A DNA stretch of 64,000 nucleotides from Eledone cirrhosa (Eukaryota), in NCBI GenBank assembly GCA_964016885.1, contig OZ024741.1, positions 236,530,001 through 236,594,000 of the forward strand. The letters are read 5' to 3'. The notes below the pieces were generated by a model. The model did not search any database, was not told where the DNA came from, and worked only from the letters and a program-made list of their open reading frames with translations. Position 1 is the stretch's first letter. Each line of letters starts with the position of its first letter. Shown here piece after piece: positions 1 to 12,249 of this stretch. The position numbers and the translations under genes were made by a program.

Positions 1-307
1 TCCATGGCAAATGCCTGCAATTTTCCTAAATCAAATATTACATCTGATTAGATCCTCATTTACTTGTGAGATGTATATATGTTTTTTTACAAAGTTCTTC
101 AAATTTGATAAGGCTCTGTTGCTCTATTTTTGTGAGAAACGAACCCAATTAATTGACTATATTGTCTATATGGTCTGCTCAAAATATGTCTAATGAGAAT
201 CAATCTTTTTGAATGTAAAATGCTAACAATTAGCCATTCACTATTTTGTTTCCTAACAATATCAACAATTTATTTATAAAGGAAATAAAAATATTGAATT
301 AAAATGT

Positions 308-2096
308 TATAGGGAAGATACTGGGTTGTATGAATGTAACAAAGAGACATTGTTTGTGTGTATAATATTTAATTAACAATCATGGATATATATAGAACAG
401 TATAGTTGACATGTCAAAGTAATAGATGATAGAATTTAGCAAAGTTAGTAGTTACCGTTTTGATTGCCAGGCAAACGCGAGACGCCAGAATTTTAGAATA
501 TAAAAATCGAATGAAATATGTAGCAAGTTGGCGAGAATGTTGTAACAGTCATGAAAATTACGACAAAAGAATGTTTGCAAAAATCAATGATAGATATCAA
601 AGTAGCCAACCGCTCTTGGCCAGAGAACGACTGGACATCTATCTATCCATCACCCAAAGATACAATGTAATAAAGTAAGAGAAGGGCTCAAAGTTTAAAT
701 GTACAAAATATAGTTCACAGGTGTGCAATCACATGACAGCAGGAAAGAAAGTGTGTTCCAGAGAATGAATGCAGGTGGTTTCTGTTCTGTGGTATATCGT
801 GAAATTTCCAACCTCCGAATGGATTTTCTCACAGGAAGAGTGCTGCAAAAATAAATTCTCTGGCTTGTTCTGCTGGTTTTGGTTGTTGGTGAAGCTGTGT
901 TGCTGTGGATGTTGTCTCGCGGAGTGAGCGTATTCGGTGTTTAAATTCACAGTAAAAAAAAATTTTTCAGAAAAATTGAGTTGCACAAAGTGCTAGAAAT
1001 AACAGCCGAAGTTGATGGTCGATGTTGAGAATGCGTTGACCTGGAAGGGTCAAGAGGCCAGCGACCAAAGAAATAAGCATTCTGAATAAATGCACAGTTT
1101 TCAACGGCAAATTTACGTGGTAAATTTTTAAACCGGCAAATAGGAGAATATAGCTTAAGGCTGAAGAATCCTTGGCGAGAAACGTTATCTCTGGCGTGCT
1201 GCTATCTCTGTGAGTCAAGATATCTCCGTGAGTTGAGAATTTGTGCTGCCTACACGTGCCAATACAAGGTTAAATTAGGTTGAAAAAATAATATTTCTAA
1301 CGCGCGAGAAAATGATAGTACAAGTGTGAAAGTGACAATGATGAAAAAGAAAGGCTTCACTTAGCATAATAGTTGGTGTGAACTTTGGAAAACAAAAAAT
1401 TTGAACGATGAAGAAAACGATGAAAAAAAAGGCAATGGTTCATCGAAAATAAATGTTCCTGTTGAAATGTTTTTTAAAGAATATCAAATTTCTTTTTTTT
1501 TTTTTTTGTTTTGAAAGTGTTCGTTGTAAGAAACGAGAAACATATATATCGTGAAATGCGACAGTTAGTTGATGCGTGAGAAAAAAAGTCTGTCTGTACG
1601 AAAATTTCACATGTGCGTGGTGTGTTCGTTTCTTTTACTGAGTATTTTCATAGTTTGTCAATAAATTTGCTGTGTATTCGTAATGTTACTCACACAACAC
1701 CAGAATCTGCTATTTTTTTCTTTTTTCGGGGTGACCACTTATAGCGATGAACGGCTGCGTGTTCGTATCGCGTCAGGGTTACCAATATAGCGAAGATACT
1801 GGGTTGTATGAATGTAACAAAGAGACATTGTTTGTGTGTATAATATTTAATTAACAATCATGGATATATATAGAACAGTATAGTTGACATGTCAAAGTAA
1901 TAGATGATAGAATTTAGCAAAGTTAGTAGTTACCGTTTTGATTGCCAGGCGCCGGAAGGGCAAATGAGAGGGAGAGAGCCGAAGGCTATTCGTTTTATAG
2001 GGCTCTGCCGGAAGTTACAGAAAGGGTTCTACTTCCCGTCTAAATGTTGTTAATCTATTGGGGTTGTGAGTCACAACAAGGGAGACAACCGCTACA
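308..2096 (-). mobile_element. Non-autonomous or internally deleted LTR retrotransposon (Ty3/Gypsy-like, tRNA-Trp primed)
   Basis: 5' LTR 2096->1786 starts TGTAGCG and ends CGCTATA. Its 3' part recurs at 472->308 (314-472 identical to 1792-1950). 4-bp TSD ATGT at 304-307 and 2097-2100. TGG-initiated PBS follows the 5' LTR. No gag/pol recognised inside. Confidence 0.85.
1753..1784 (-). promoter_or_regulatory. Primer-binding site complementary to the tRNA-Trp 3' end
   Basis: Minus strand reads TGGTAACCCTGACGCGATACGAACACGCAGCC, 1 nt after the LTR end. It resembles the canonical Trp PBS TGGTGACCCCGACGTGAT. Confidence 0.75.
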
Positions 2097-2229
2097 ATGT
2101 CAATGTATTAAATCAGTCACACATTCATGTAAACCAGGTCCAAACACAGGGGAACCAAACTCCCACTATCACCACCTCTGTCTCTCCCACTTTCCCCATC
2201 TCTCATTATTATGAGCAAATGGGGGCCCA

Positions 2230-2545
2230 CTCCGCAGCACCAGTGGACAGAATAGAGAAGGCGTTTCCCTGGAGGATGATGAGGGAGATGTGTTGGAAGA
2301 GCCATTCCAGCTTTGAGGCTCACTCCTGCGGGTAACCTACTCTGTGTCGAGGGAGGTGATCCTAGAGCCAAGGACACCAGAAGTCTCCACTGCTATGGGT
2401 TCAACTGCAAACCTGTTGGAGAGCAACCAATATTTGCAGAGTTTACTCTCCTCAGCCTGAAGTGCAGCAGAGCCAGGATTAGTTGCAGACTGCTTCAGGT
2501 TGTTGCTGCAGAATGTGTCACTGCATGTGGCATCCCAAATGAGGG
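2230..2545 (-). mobile_element. Degraded 3' fragment of a CRE-like (RLE) non-LTR retrotransposon
   Basis: Reverse complement aligns with the CRE-like fragment at 13950-14290 (WDATC..., AVETSGVLG, LFQHISL..LQGN). Confidence 0.65.
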
Positions 2546-3275
2546 GTTGTGTAAGTAGTGTGTCTTTCTGTAGTATGCTTCAAGTCATCTCAAATTCATT
2601 AGTTACCAGAAGGAGTACAAACACAGACACTGGATAATTAGAGTTCAAGGACACAATAGCATTAAATAATGAATTTGATACTTCATTGAAAATTAGGATA
2701 TCTTGAATTTCTGCCCTGTTTTCAGTTAAATGTCTTAGAAAAGTCTGAAAGTGTCATTATCATCATGTTAATCATCATCATCTTCATCAGAGGTGGCATT
2801 GTTATCATCATTATCATCATCATCATCATTGTCACCACCACCACCACTGCATGATCCTCATCATCATTGCCATCATCATGATCATATCATCCCCTCATCA
2901 TCAATTTCACATCTGTTTATTAACACTAATGTGTGTATGTCCTAAGTGGATCTTATATTGTGGTCAAATCCCCTGTATGACCCAATATCCTCAGATTTAA
3001 CTTGACTATATTCTCCTTAGTCCCATTCAGTCTAAAACAAGGCAAACTTTAGATAGTTTTTTACCTCCTAATATGTCCTCACCCTCCACATTACATAAAC
3101 ACACCAACACAACACATCCCTCCTGCAACTATTGTTCTATATTTAGGCCTAGTGCCTAAATTAGAAATCGATATTATTATGTTCTCAGCTGTTTACAAAT
3201 TATTGTTTTTACTTCTGTTCCTCTAATTTACCCCATCTTTACTTTATTTTTTTCTTTATTTTCCCTTCTCTACAG

Positions 3276-3426
3276 GTAGTGATGCCTTGGGTAGTTATGC
3301 TGTAGCTAATGGCAGATTAACCTCCATATCGAAACACCCATCCTCTGTATTTGTCTATGTATCAGTGGGCATATGTAGTGGCACTCTTATATCAAAGCGC
3401 TTCATCCTCACAGCATCCCACTGCAC
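3276..3426 (+). CDS. S1 serine protease gene A, exon 2 (propeptide end, VANG N-terminus, catalytic His)
   Basis: Polypyrimidine-TACAG acceptor and GTGAGT donor. Encodes SDALGSYAVANGRLTSISKHPSSVFVYVSVGICSGTLISKRFILTASHC. Homologous to 55809-55983. Confidence 0.92.
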
Positions 3427-3902
3427 GTGAGTAAACCCTTAATTAGAGTGAGTGTATTGGAGTGTGTAGAAATTGACTGGAAATGTTGAGGTGTGCTTCA
3501 GTGTGGGTAACAAAAGTCTGTTGTTCTTTTCTGTATCAAATTGGTACATATAAAGTCTTATTTATATATATCATCATCACCATTGTCATCATTTTAACGT
3601 CTGCTTTCCCTGCCAGCAAGTGTTGGACAGGTTCACACAGACCAGGTCAGTACTGAAGCTGAGCCACTGATCTCCCAGGGATCTGTGTCTTGCTTATGTA
3701 TGGTCACACATTCCACCAAGCACACAGAGGAGGTTGTCATGTCTTTGACACAACTGAGGGTCTTTCAACCCTATGTTTGGTAAGATTTCTATGGCTGGAA
3801 ACCCCTCCTATCACCAACCATTTTACAATGTGTACTAGGTGCATTTATTGGGTAGATCACCAACACTAAGGAGATTGTCATATTCTTGATATGACTGAAG
3901 GG

Positions 3903-4065
3903 TCATCATCATCATCATCATTTAACGTCCATCTTCCACGCTAGCATGGGTAGGACAGGTTGACCCTTATGGAGAAAATCCGGTCAGAGGACCATGTTTA
4001 GCTCACCCTGGGCAGATTTTGGCTTGGTTGCTACAGCTGGATGCCCTTCCTAACATCAACCACAG
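3903..4065 (-). mobile_element. Short RTE-3'-end-related repeat with (ATG)n tail
   Basis: Contains the GTTAGGAAGGGCATCCAGC block and CCATGCTAGCGTGGAAGATGGACGTTAAA(TGA)n end shared with the RTE 3' UTR at 34169-34600. Confidence 0.65.
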
Positions 4066-4499
4066 AATTAACCATATGAACTTAGACCTCTAAAACAAAT
4101 CTAAGGATTGGCAGAAATGCACATAGAGTTTCAAAAGAAACCCCTGCATCTCAGTTTTGTCCATGTGACATGAATAGTTATGTGGATAGCTAGAAATAGT
4201 AACCAAAAATTCATTCATCAATAAAAACCTCTACTAAAATATCATTCAGGAGCATATTTATATTACTAAAATGAATAAAGATGCTGTGTCTGAGAAAATT
4301 ACAGATACAAGCCATATCACCTGCAAAGGAAGCTCAAAGAAAAAATTCCGAGCACTTAATATATATTCAATTATCTCCTGTTTTAATGTTTGATATATTT
4401 CTATATATGTCATTTGCTTTTAAATTTATATTAACTGACATCCATAAAACATTCTCCTTGGTACGCAAATTTCAAAAATGAAACCTTTTTTGGAGCCTT

Positions 4500-7232
4500 T
4501 GAGAGACATCCACCGCATTAATCGTCGTGGTGATGGTGTAATGGTCTACGTTCGCTCAAATTTTTCGGCAATTCCTTGTGTTGATTTGAACCAATTGCAG
4601 CAGGAAGTATTTTTCTGCGATATACGTATGACCTTGTCAACACTGCTACTTGGAGTCATTTACCGTCCCCCAAATTACCATCAGGACACACAACTTTGTG
4701 ATATCCTCAGAGTTGCTGCCAGGAAAACAGCCACTTATGTTTTTATTGCAAGGGACTTCAATCACCCTGAGATTGACTGGGAAACCTCTCGTTGGCTGCC
4801 AAGTGCAAATGACTTCCTTGAGCTAGTGCTGGATTCGAACTGGTCCCAAGTAGTCACCTCCCCAACAAAAGGTGACAACACTTTGGACTTACTCTTCACC
4901 ACTACTCCTGAAACAGTTATTAGTATTCCTACTGAGGAACCTTTAGGTGACTCTGATGATGCTAATATCATTGCCAATCTATCCCTCATGGGCAGTAACA
5001 AAAACCACAACCATCTCCAAACTGCTCACTTTGACTGGAATAAAGCAGACTGGAACTGTTACTGCACCGAGTTGCAACGTCCAAACTGGCTTGAGTTCTA
5101 CGACTCTGGAGATGTCAATACTGTACTCCAGAACATCCTGAACTCAATATGGATAGCATGTGCAGCATTGGTGCCACGTAAGCAGAAAAAAACATCCCAA
5201 AAGTGCAATTTGAGAGACTGCAGCAGTCCGTCTTGCCAGAAAAGAATGTTGTAACGCTGAACGTGAGTACAAACTGCATAAATCAGATATCAATAGGAAG
5301 AAGCAAAATAAATCATTCAACCATCTCAAACAGGTGACAAAAAAGGCAGTGCTTCAATTTGAGCAGCGCATAGCAACCAGCCCTGACAGTAAGGTGTTCT
5401 TGAAGTATGTTCACTCAAAGCAGAGGCCTCACTCTCCAGTTGGTCCTCTTTGCAATCCCCACACAAGCCAGGTTACTCACAACCCCAAGGAATGTGCAGA
5501 GCTCATTGCTGAATGCTATGCAGGCATTTTCACTGTTGAAGACCAGAGTGTCCCGTCTCCACCACCTCTGACATCGAATTCTATTACAACTATGGAATTT
5601 ACACCTTAAAAATAAATGCAACCATGCCTCTCCTGGACTTGATGGTGTTACGTACCTGCTTCTCAAACGTGGTGGGTACTTCCTTCTGCACCAGCTATCA
5701 CGCTTCTTCCAATTCTGTCTGAACAATGGTGCTACTTCAGAACAGTGGAAAACTGCCAGTGTCATTCCTTTGTTCAAGAAGGGTGACCGCACATCACCTG
5801 TGAACTATTGTTCAGTCAGTCTTACTAACTTCATTGCCAAACTGATGGAATCCTGTGTCAGAAAAACGCTTTGGAACTTCTAGAACTCTCACAGTCTTAT
5901 CCAGCCCTCGCAATTTGAATTTATCCCTAACTCCAGCTGCTGTGATCAACTTATCGAGTTTATTGAAGACATCACCCGGATCACTGATGGCTGCTCATGG
6001 GCGGATGTTGTTTACCTTGACTTTGCTAAAGCTTTCAATTCTGTGCCACACAGACTTATGGCAAAACTCTCTGCAATGGGTGTGAGGGATGATCTTTTCA
6101 ACTGGTTGAAGTCCTTCATTCTCAGTCGAAGAGAGGTAGTCACGGTTCTAGGACAGCATTCCTCACTGTATGATATGTCATCTGGTGTACCACAGGGATC
6201 TGTTCTTGGCCCCCTTTTGTTTGTGGCATATATTAATGACATAGATGCCAACTTCAAGAATGCCACAGTACTGAAATATGCAGATGACATCAAGCTGTAC
6301 CTTGAGATAAAAAGGACCGATCCTGAACACTATATATCTTGCCTGCAATCTGACCTGGACACAATGCAACAATGGATCACAGACTGGCAACTCAAGCAGG
6401 CTGTGGACAAGTGTACCACCATGCATTTTGGGAGTAAAAACCCAGCATCCACATACTCCCCCCACAACACTAATATCAAGAAGTCTTCTTGTGAACGTGA
6501 CCTGGGCATTATGGTCAGCAGTGATTTGCGTTGGACGAAGCACGTCTCTAAAATTGTCAAAACGGCCGAGGGTGTCTTAGCATCACTCAGCAAGAGCTTT
6601 GTCAGCCGTTCTCCAGCTATCTATTTAAGGTTGTATATAGCTATGGTGCGGCCACACTTAGAATTTGCATCACCAGTCTGGAACCCCTATCTTGCTCAGA
6701 ACATTGACCGCCTGGAAACTGTTCAGAGACGTGCAACCAAGCGAATACCCTCCATCAGGCATCTACCATACTCTGAACGCCTTGCTTCCCTGGGCATGGA
6801 TACATTGAAGCTCCAACATCTGGCAACTGACTTGGTAAACACCCACAAAATTATTAACATCTTGCCAACAACAACTCTGAGTACCTTTTTGATTTCCATG
6901 TGTCTAACACACGTGGGCATGCTCACAAAGTCAGAAAACAGCACAGCTCCCATGACTTTCGGAAACATTTTTTCACGCTCAGAGTTGCTGAAGCATGGAA
7001 CAAACTACCTGCATCAGTTATTAGCTGCCAAGACACTGCATCCTTTAAAACCTCCATGCTTCCTGAGATTCGCCAACACAACACCTAATATTCCCCCTCC
7101 ATTTCACACGCACACATGACTCATACACTATTCACTTCCCTGACATTTGTATATTATTCTATGTACTATACATGCACCTTTGACGAGTTGTAGTGCACCT
7201 GAGCACTGTACACAATAATTTCATTATTATTA
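4500..7232 (+). mobile_element. CR1-clade LINE, 5'-truncated and degraded ORF2 (APE + RT), in intron 2 of gene A
   Basis: APE motifs (GVIYRPP, DFNHPEIDW, LDLL, DSDD) and RT motifs (GVPQGSVLGPLLF, YADD, RPHLEFASPVWNP) split by stops and frameshifts. Ends in an (ATT)n tail. Confidence 0.88.
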
Positions 7233-7870
7233 TATACACATATACATATATACATTCTCATTTATAGTATATATATATATATATGGTGATGATAGTATTA
7301 TACATACATACATTTATATATATATATGTGTATGTGTGTATATATAATACTATCATCCTCATCATCATTTTATGTTCATTTTTCCATGCTTGCATGTTTG
7401 GATGGGTGTTTTCCAGTACAGCTTACATTCACCCGCTGTGTTTTTTCATCATTTCCTTTGACCAGGTCTTCGTTGGTCTTCCTCTACTGCTACTTCCTTC
7501 CACTGGGAACTCTTGGTACTTCATAGTGTGACTTTTAGGACTGCTTCACACATGCACAATCCATACATACAACATAGGAAAGATCCATTAGAGGACATGG
7601 CATCGTTTTTCATTTTTCATTTGAAAAGAAGGTTTTTACCTTGAAATATTATGATAAAATGTTACTTATATATTATTTTGTTTTGTTTTATTTGTCACCC
7701 ACAAACCACTTTTATATATACTTCTATCTGCATCGTACTGGCTTTTTGAAGTTGTTACCACTTATTACACACACACACACACATATATATATATTATCCC
7801 TCTAGCTATAGTCTCTACAATCTATCTAGGCTAAGATTTCAAGCAAAACTCTACACTTTTTTATTGCCAG

Positions 7871-7989
7871 GTTTAATCCAGGATCTTTTCAAGTTTTTGT
7901 TGGTGGTACAAAGAGGTTCTCAGGAATAACATACAAAATTGGAGCTATAATCCGCCACCCAGATTATGGTGGAAATATAACTGGTAGAA
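7871..7989 (+). CDS. S1 serine protease gene A, exon 3
   Basis: TTGCCAG acceptor, GTATGT donor, phases fit neighbouring exons. Encodes FNPGSFQVFVGGTKRFSGITYKIGAIIRHPDYGGNITGR. Same 119-nt length as 54077-54195. Confidence 0.9.
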
Positions 7990-8064
7990 GTATGTGTATC
8001 TATGTATTTTTGTGTTTATATATGGGGGAACCCATGCTAGCATGGAAGTATGGACGTAAAACGG

Positions 8065-8096
<32 letters not shown>

Positions 8097-8877
8097 GTGA
8101 TATGGGGGTGAAGAGGGTCATTTTTTTTCAGCAGTGCTGTGAGGTTTCTAAAGCTATATTCTCCAAGAAGAAATGGTATTGGGGTGGTGATGGGGGGGGG
8201 GGTCTAATAATGACAGGAAGATTTTAACTATTTATAGTAAATGATGGATTGAACCTAACCTATTTTTAGATTTGCTATTTTTTACTGTTTTGATACCAAA
8301 TTGCCTTAAACCACTCCTGTTTCCATGGTACAAACTGTTTGTTTTAAAGTGTTTATATTTATCTAAAAACCATTATAATTTTATACAAGATCCCTTGTTA
8401 TGTTATGCTCCAAATATGAGCTTAATAAAGAGCAAGTTAGTTATTTTACCAAATCCTTTAAATTCTTGATTATTCAAAAATTATAGATTTTGTTTTTCAT
8501 TAGAAATATAGGGTTAAAGCTACTTTTTAGTTGAGTAACATTGTAACAGCAAGGTGGTATGGTCAGAGGACAGGTTTCTACTTGGCTCTGCTTATGGTAA
8601 TACATTTATGAATATGTAACATTCCTACAATCTTTTGTCAATCAATCAAATCCCCATGTAGCGTTGTGTAATGTTATTTCAATGTGTTTGTGAAGATTTT
8701 TGCTTATATTTTGTCCTGGAACCTTTTTCCTTCAATCATTTGAGCAATCAGAAATGTGAAACTTTGATTGAAGGAGGTTCAATTTTTATTAAGAGTAACT
8801 TTTCCCTGTATATAAGCACAGACATTCACCAATCCATATACTGTACCAATTGTGTTGTTATTTCTGTTTACCTTTTA

Positions 8878-9083
8878 ATGTGGCCATGTAGGTAGCACGG
8901 TAAAAACCTCCCAGTCCACACTGTAAACGTGGTTGGTGTTAGGAAGGGCATCCAGCCATAGAAAATCCGCCAGACAGTCCTATACGAGCAGGACAACCAA
9001 TCTTGCCTCAAGTGGGAAAACTCCCGTACAAACCCATGCAAGCGTGGAAGATGGATGTTAAACGATGATGATGATGATGATGA
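8878..9083 (+). mobile_element. Short RTE-3'-end-related repeat with (GAT)n tail
   Basis: Reverse complement of the 34169-34380 tail region. Confidence 0.7.
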
Positions 9084-9738
9084 TATACTCATACAATATA
9101 CAACATATATATCAATGTTGCAGTATATAACTGAAACAGGAAGTTTATATAATAGTATTATAGTTAATGAAAGTCGAATCCATGAACTTTATTGAAACTC
9201 TTTATGGAGACAAAAATTCCAAACAATAAGAAGGGAAACTAAATTGTTGTGCAATGTACCTCATTTCATTGCTTTTGTTTTCAGTTAGAAATACCTTGGG
9301 CTCTATGCACGCTTTTTGCCTTTTAATACATATTTAATCAAAAAGACACACTCTGTCTTATCTTACCATAGTTTGTCATCTTGTTTTGCAATTGTAGGTG
9401 TGCTGGAACGAATGATCCTAACTTTAAAACATAGAAATGATAGTGGTTTCCAGTATTTAGCTGACGAAAAGGGATATGTTCATGTTTTTTCTGTTGCCTG
9501 TCTTTGTTGAGTGTGCTCACATTTTAATTACATATATATATAAGCTAGATTAGATGAGTTGATAATACAATTGTATAAGGCAGATAGCTATTCAAAGCTC
9601 AAATATGATTTTATTATCTATAGTAAAGACAGTCTAGAGTTTAATACAATTTGTAAATTTTCAGTCATAGTAGTTTTACATCACAGAACATATATAAAAG
9701 GAATGAATAAATAACCAAGGTTTAATACATTATTTAAT

Positions 9739-9812
9739 TGATTTACATGCGTTTCATTCAGATACAGAAGGAATTAGTATTTTATTCCTTTGTATTGAAA
9801 TCTTCAGAATCA
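9739..9812 (-). ncRNA. Minimal type I hammerhead ribozyme motif (Penelope-like remnant)
   Basis: Minus strand: TGATT-CTGAAGA-stem II (TTCA/ATAC/AAGGAAT ... ATTCCTT/GTAT/TGAA)-GAAA-CGCATG-TA-AATCA, with stem I TGATT/AATCA. Confidence 0.6.
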
Positions 9813-9882
9813 TTAAATAATACATTTGAATGAAACACATAAATTAAATTAAATAATGTATTAAACCTTGGTTATTTATTTA

Positions 9883-10215
9883 TCATCATCATCATCATCA
9901 TCATCATCATTTAACATCCATTTTCCACACTGGCATGGGTTAGACAAGTTGTCCCATTAGAGGCAAGTTGTATTAGGTGACTCTGTCTTGCTCATACAGA
10001 ACTGTTTCTGGCTTGGTGTCTATGGCTGGATGTCCTTCCTAATGCCAACCACATTTACAGTGTGTGCTGGGTGCTTTTTGTTGTGACATCTACACAATCA
10101 CTTTACAGTGTGGGCTGGATGCTTTTTGTCATGACACCTACAAAACCACTTTACAGTGTGGGCTGGGTGCTTTTTGTCGTGACACCTACATGACTACTTT
10201 ACAGTGTGAGCTGGA
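9883..10215 (-). mobile_element. RTE-3'-end-related repeat with internal ~41-bp tandem units
   Basis: (CAT)n tail at 9883-9910, shared family blocks, four copies of ...TTTACAGTGTG.GCTGG.TGCTTTTTG... Confidence 0.6.
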
Positions 10216-10319
10216 GGCTTTACTAGATATATCTATATATACTCTACCAATGTACTGGTACCTTTTTTAACTGTGGTTACTTCTCCAACACAACTCAGGA
10301 ACCTATATATATATATATA

Positions 10320-10549
10320 CAGGGTGAGCATAAAGTCTTTCCCTGATTATAAAATACCATATCTCAGATACTATTTGAGATTTTTTTTTCATTGTTTTAA
10401 TTTATAAATTTCAAGTTTAAATTTTTTCTGAACATGTTTTACATTTTCTCTTTTACAGAAAGTAGTTGTAATTTTCAGTAACAAAATGGTATCTATAAAA
10501 CAAAAAGCTCAGTGTGTTTTGTGGTTTCAAAGACTTTATGCTCACCTTG
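10320..10549 (+). mobile_element. Tc1/mariner-derived MITE (internally deleted)
   Basis: 21-bp TIRs CAGGGTGAGCATAAAGTCTTT / AAAGACTTTATGCTCACCTTG (1 mismatch), TA on both sides, residual transposase-like start MVSIKQKAQCVLWF. Confidence 0.8.
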
Positions 10550-11483
10550 TACATATAGATTGTGTTTACATTCTAATACAGACATGAATGTATTTGAGTT
10601 AACTCAACAATTAATAAAATAAATAGATAAATAAAAAAAGGGTTAAAAAACTAAAAGTGCAAAAGTGGGGGAGTTTATCTTATGTTATTTTAATAAAATC
10701 ATTTTTCAAGCCATACCATGAGAGTGAGCTTTATGAAAATTACGCATAAAAATGTTTTGTAATAGAAATATATGTGTGAATATGTTGAATTTTGACAGCT
10801 ATGACATTTGTGTTTCTATATATATTGTCAGCATATTTGTTTTGGGGGGAATATATCAACTTTTCTATTATGTAATTTCATTACATCGTTTATTTTGATA
10901 TATTTAATTAAATTATATCAGTTCAAAAAAAAAAAAAGAAATCTAGGGGGGGGGGGGGGATTTTGAAAGGTAACCTCCAGTAATCAACAAAATTACTGAA
11001 CAACACACGCACACACACACACACACACAACACACGCACGCACACACACACAACACACACACACACACACATGCACGCGCGAGCGCACAGACACCTGCAC
11101 CCCACCCCCACATATATAATTAAAAGTGGATTCCTGGTGGGGATTGGAAAAAGACTACAGTTAAAAAGGTTCTCATTACGTTATTAGAGTATAAGCATCT
11201 TTATTTTATATAGAAATGATTTCTACAGGACTAGAACTGTTTCATTCATATGAAATCATCTGAAATAGATCTAGGTTTGTAGATGCCATTTCTAAATAAA
11301 ATAATATATATGTATAATAGAAATAGATGCATGCATGTATGCAATGATCTTTTGATTTAATTGAGATTTGGTTAACCCTTACAACTTTCCTAGGGATCAA
11401 CCAAAATACTACATTTAACTCTACACCTATTTCTAACTTGATATACTCTCACCATTCTTTCCTCACTTGGTTTCCATCCTTAG

Positions 11484-11618
11484 GAAATGATTTAGCTCTG
11501 TTGTACACAACAGATCCAGTGAAACTATCGAACAATGTGAAGGTTGCTGAGTTGATTGGTCCAATGGATATTAATCATCTAAGTAAACCCTGTTATGTTG
11601 CAGGGTGGGGAAGGTTAA
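11484..11618 (+). CDS. S1 serine protease gene A, exon 4 (catalytic Asp)
   Basis: CCTTAG acceptor, GTAAGT donor. Encodes NDLALLYTTDPVKLSNNVKVAELIGPMDINHLSKPCYVAGWGRL. 135 nt, as in paralog exon 53767-53901. Confidence 0.92.
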
Positions 11619-12091
11619 GTAAGTATAAATATGATTTTGTTCTAATTCTGTGTAATACATATTTGTTCTCATAGTTGTTGTTATTGTTTACCCTTAGCTC
11701 AGCCCTGTTTGAGCAGACCTAAAATAAAAGGCTGTCCAATCATGACCATTTAATCTTAAATTTGGATATAGTGTATTACTTAATGCAGCATGTACTTCCC
11801 ATTAAGGATGTTAGGGTGTGATTTCACTGAGATTTAGCTGTTATTTCTAGCAGGTTTAGTGATCACACAGAGCTTGCCCCATTGGCAGAACAAGTAGAGT
11901 GTTTTAAAAGATATTTTTGATATTTTCTTGCATTTCTTTAAGTCCTGAGTTCAAATCCCTTTACAATTTTCTTTTCTTTACAAGATTGATAAAATAAGTA
12001 CCAAACTAAATATAACCAACTTGACTGTTGAAGGCAGAGTTCTAGCATGGACACAGTCCAATAACTGGAACAACAGAGAAATATATAAACT

Positions 12092-12121
12092 GAGAGAGAG
12101 AGAGAGGGAGAGAGAGAGAGA

Positions 12122-12207
<86 letters not shown>
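12092..12207. repeat. (GA)n microsatellite
   Basis: Direct reading. Confidence 0.95.
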
Positions 12208-12209
<2 letters not shown>

Positions 12210-12249
12210 TGCTCCTTACATTAGTTATTCAAACCTTAGTGGGTTGATT

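Noticed and set aside
11-193. ORF MPAIFLNQILHL... as the signal-peptide exon of gene A
   Set aside because: No clear nucleotide similarity to exon 1 of gene B and a weak hydrophobic core. The true exon 1 is probably upstream of the window.
1753-1784. tRNA-Trp gene
   Set aside because: Only a diverged 3' part with encoded CCA, adjacent to an LTR. Better explained as a primer-binding site.
10035-10215. Regularly spaced ~41-bp repeats resembling a CRISPR array
   Set aside because: Units are whole tandem repeats without unique spacers, belong to an RTE 3' UTR family, and lie in eukaryotic DNA with no cas genes.
11220-11275. Hammerhead-like motif on the minus strand (CAGATGA...GAAAC)
   Set aside because: Core is mutated and stems I and III are poor. 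Not supportable.
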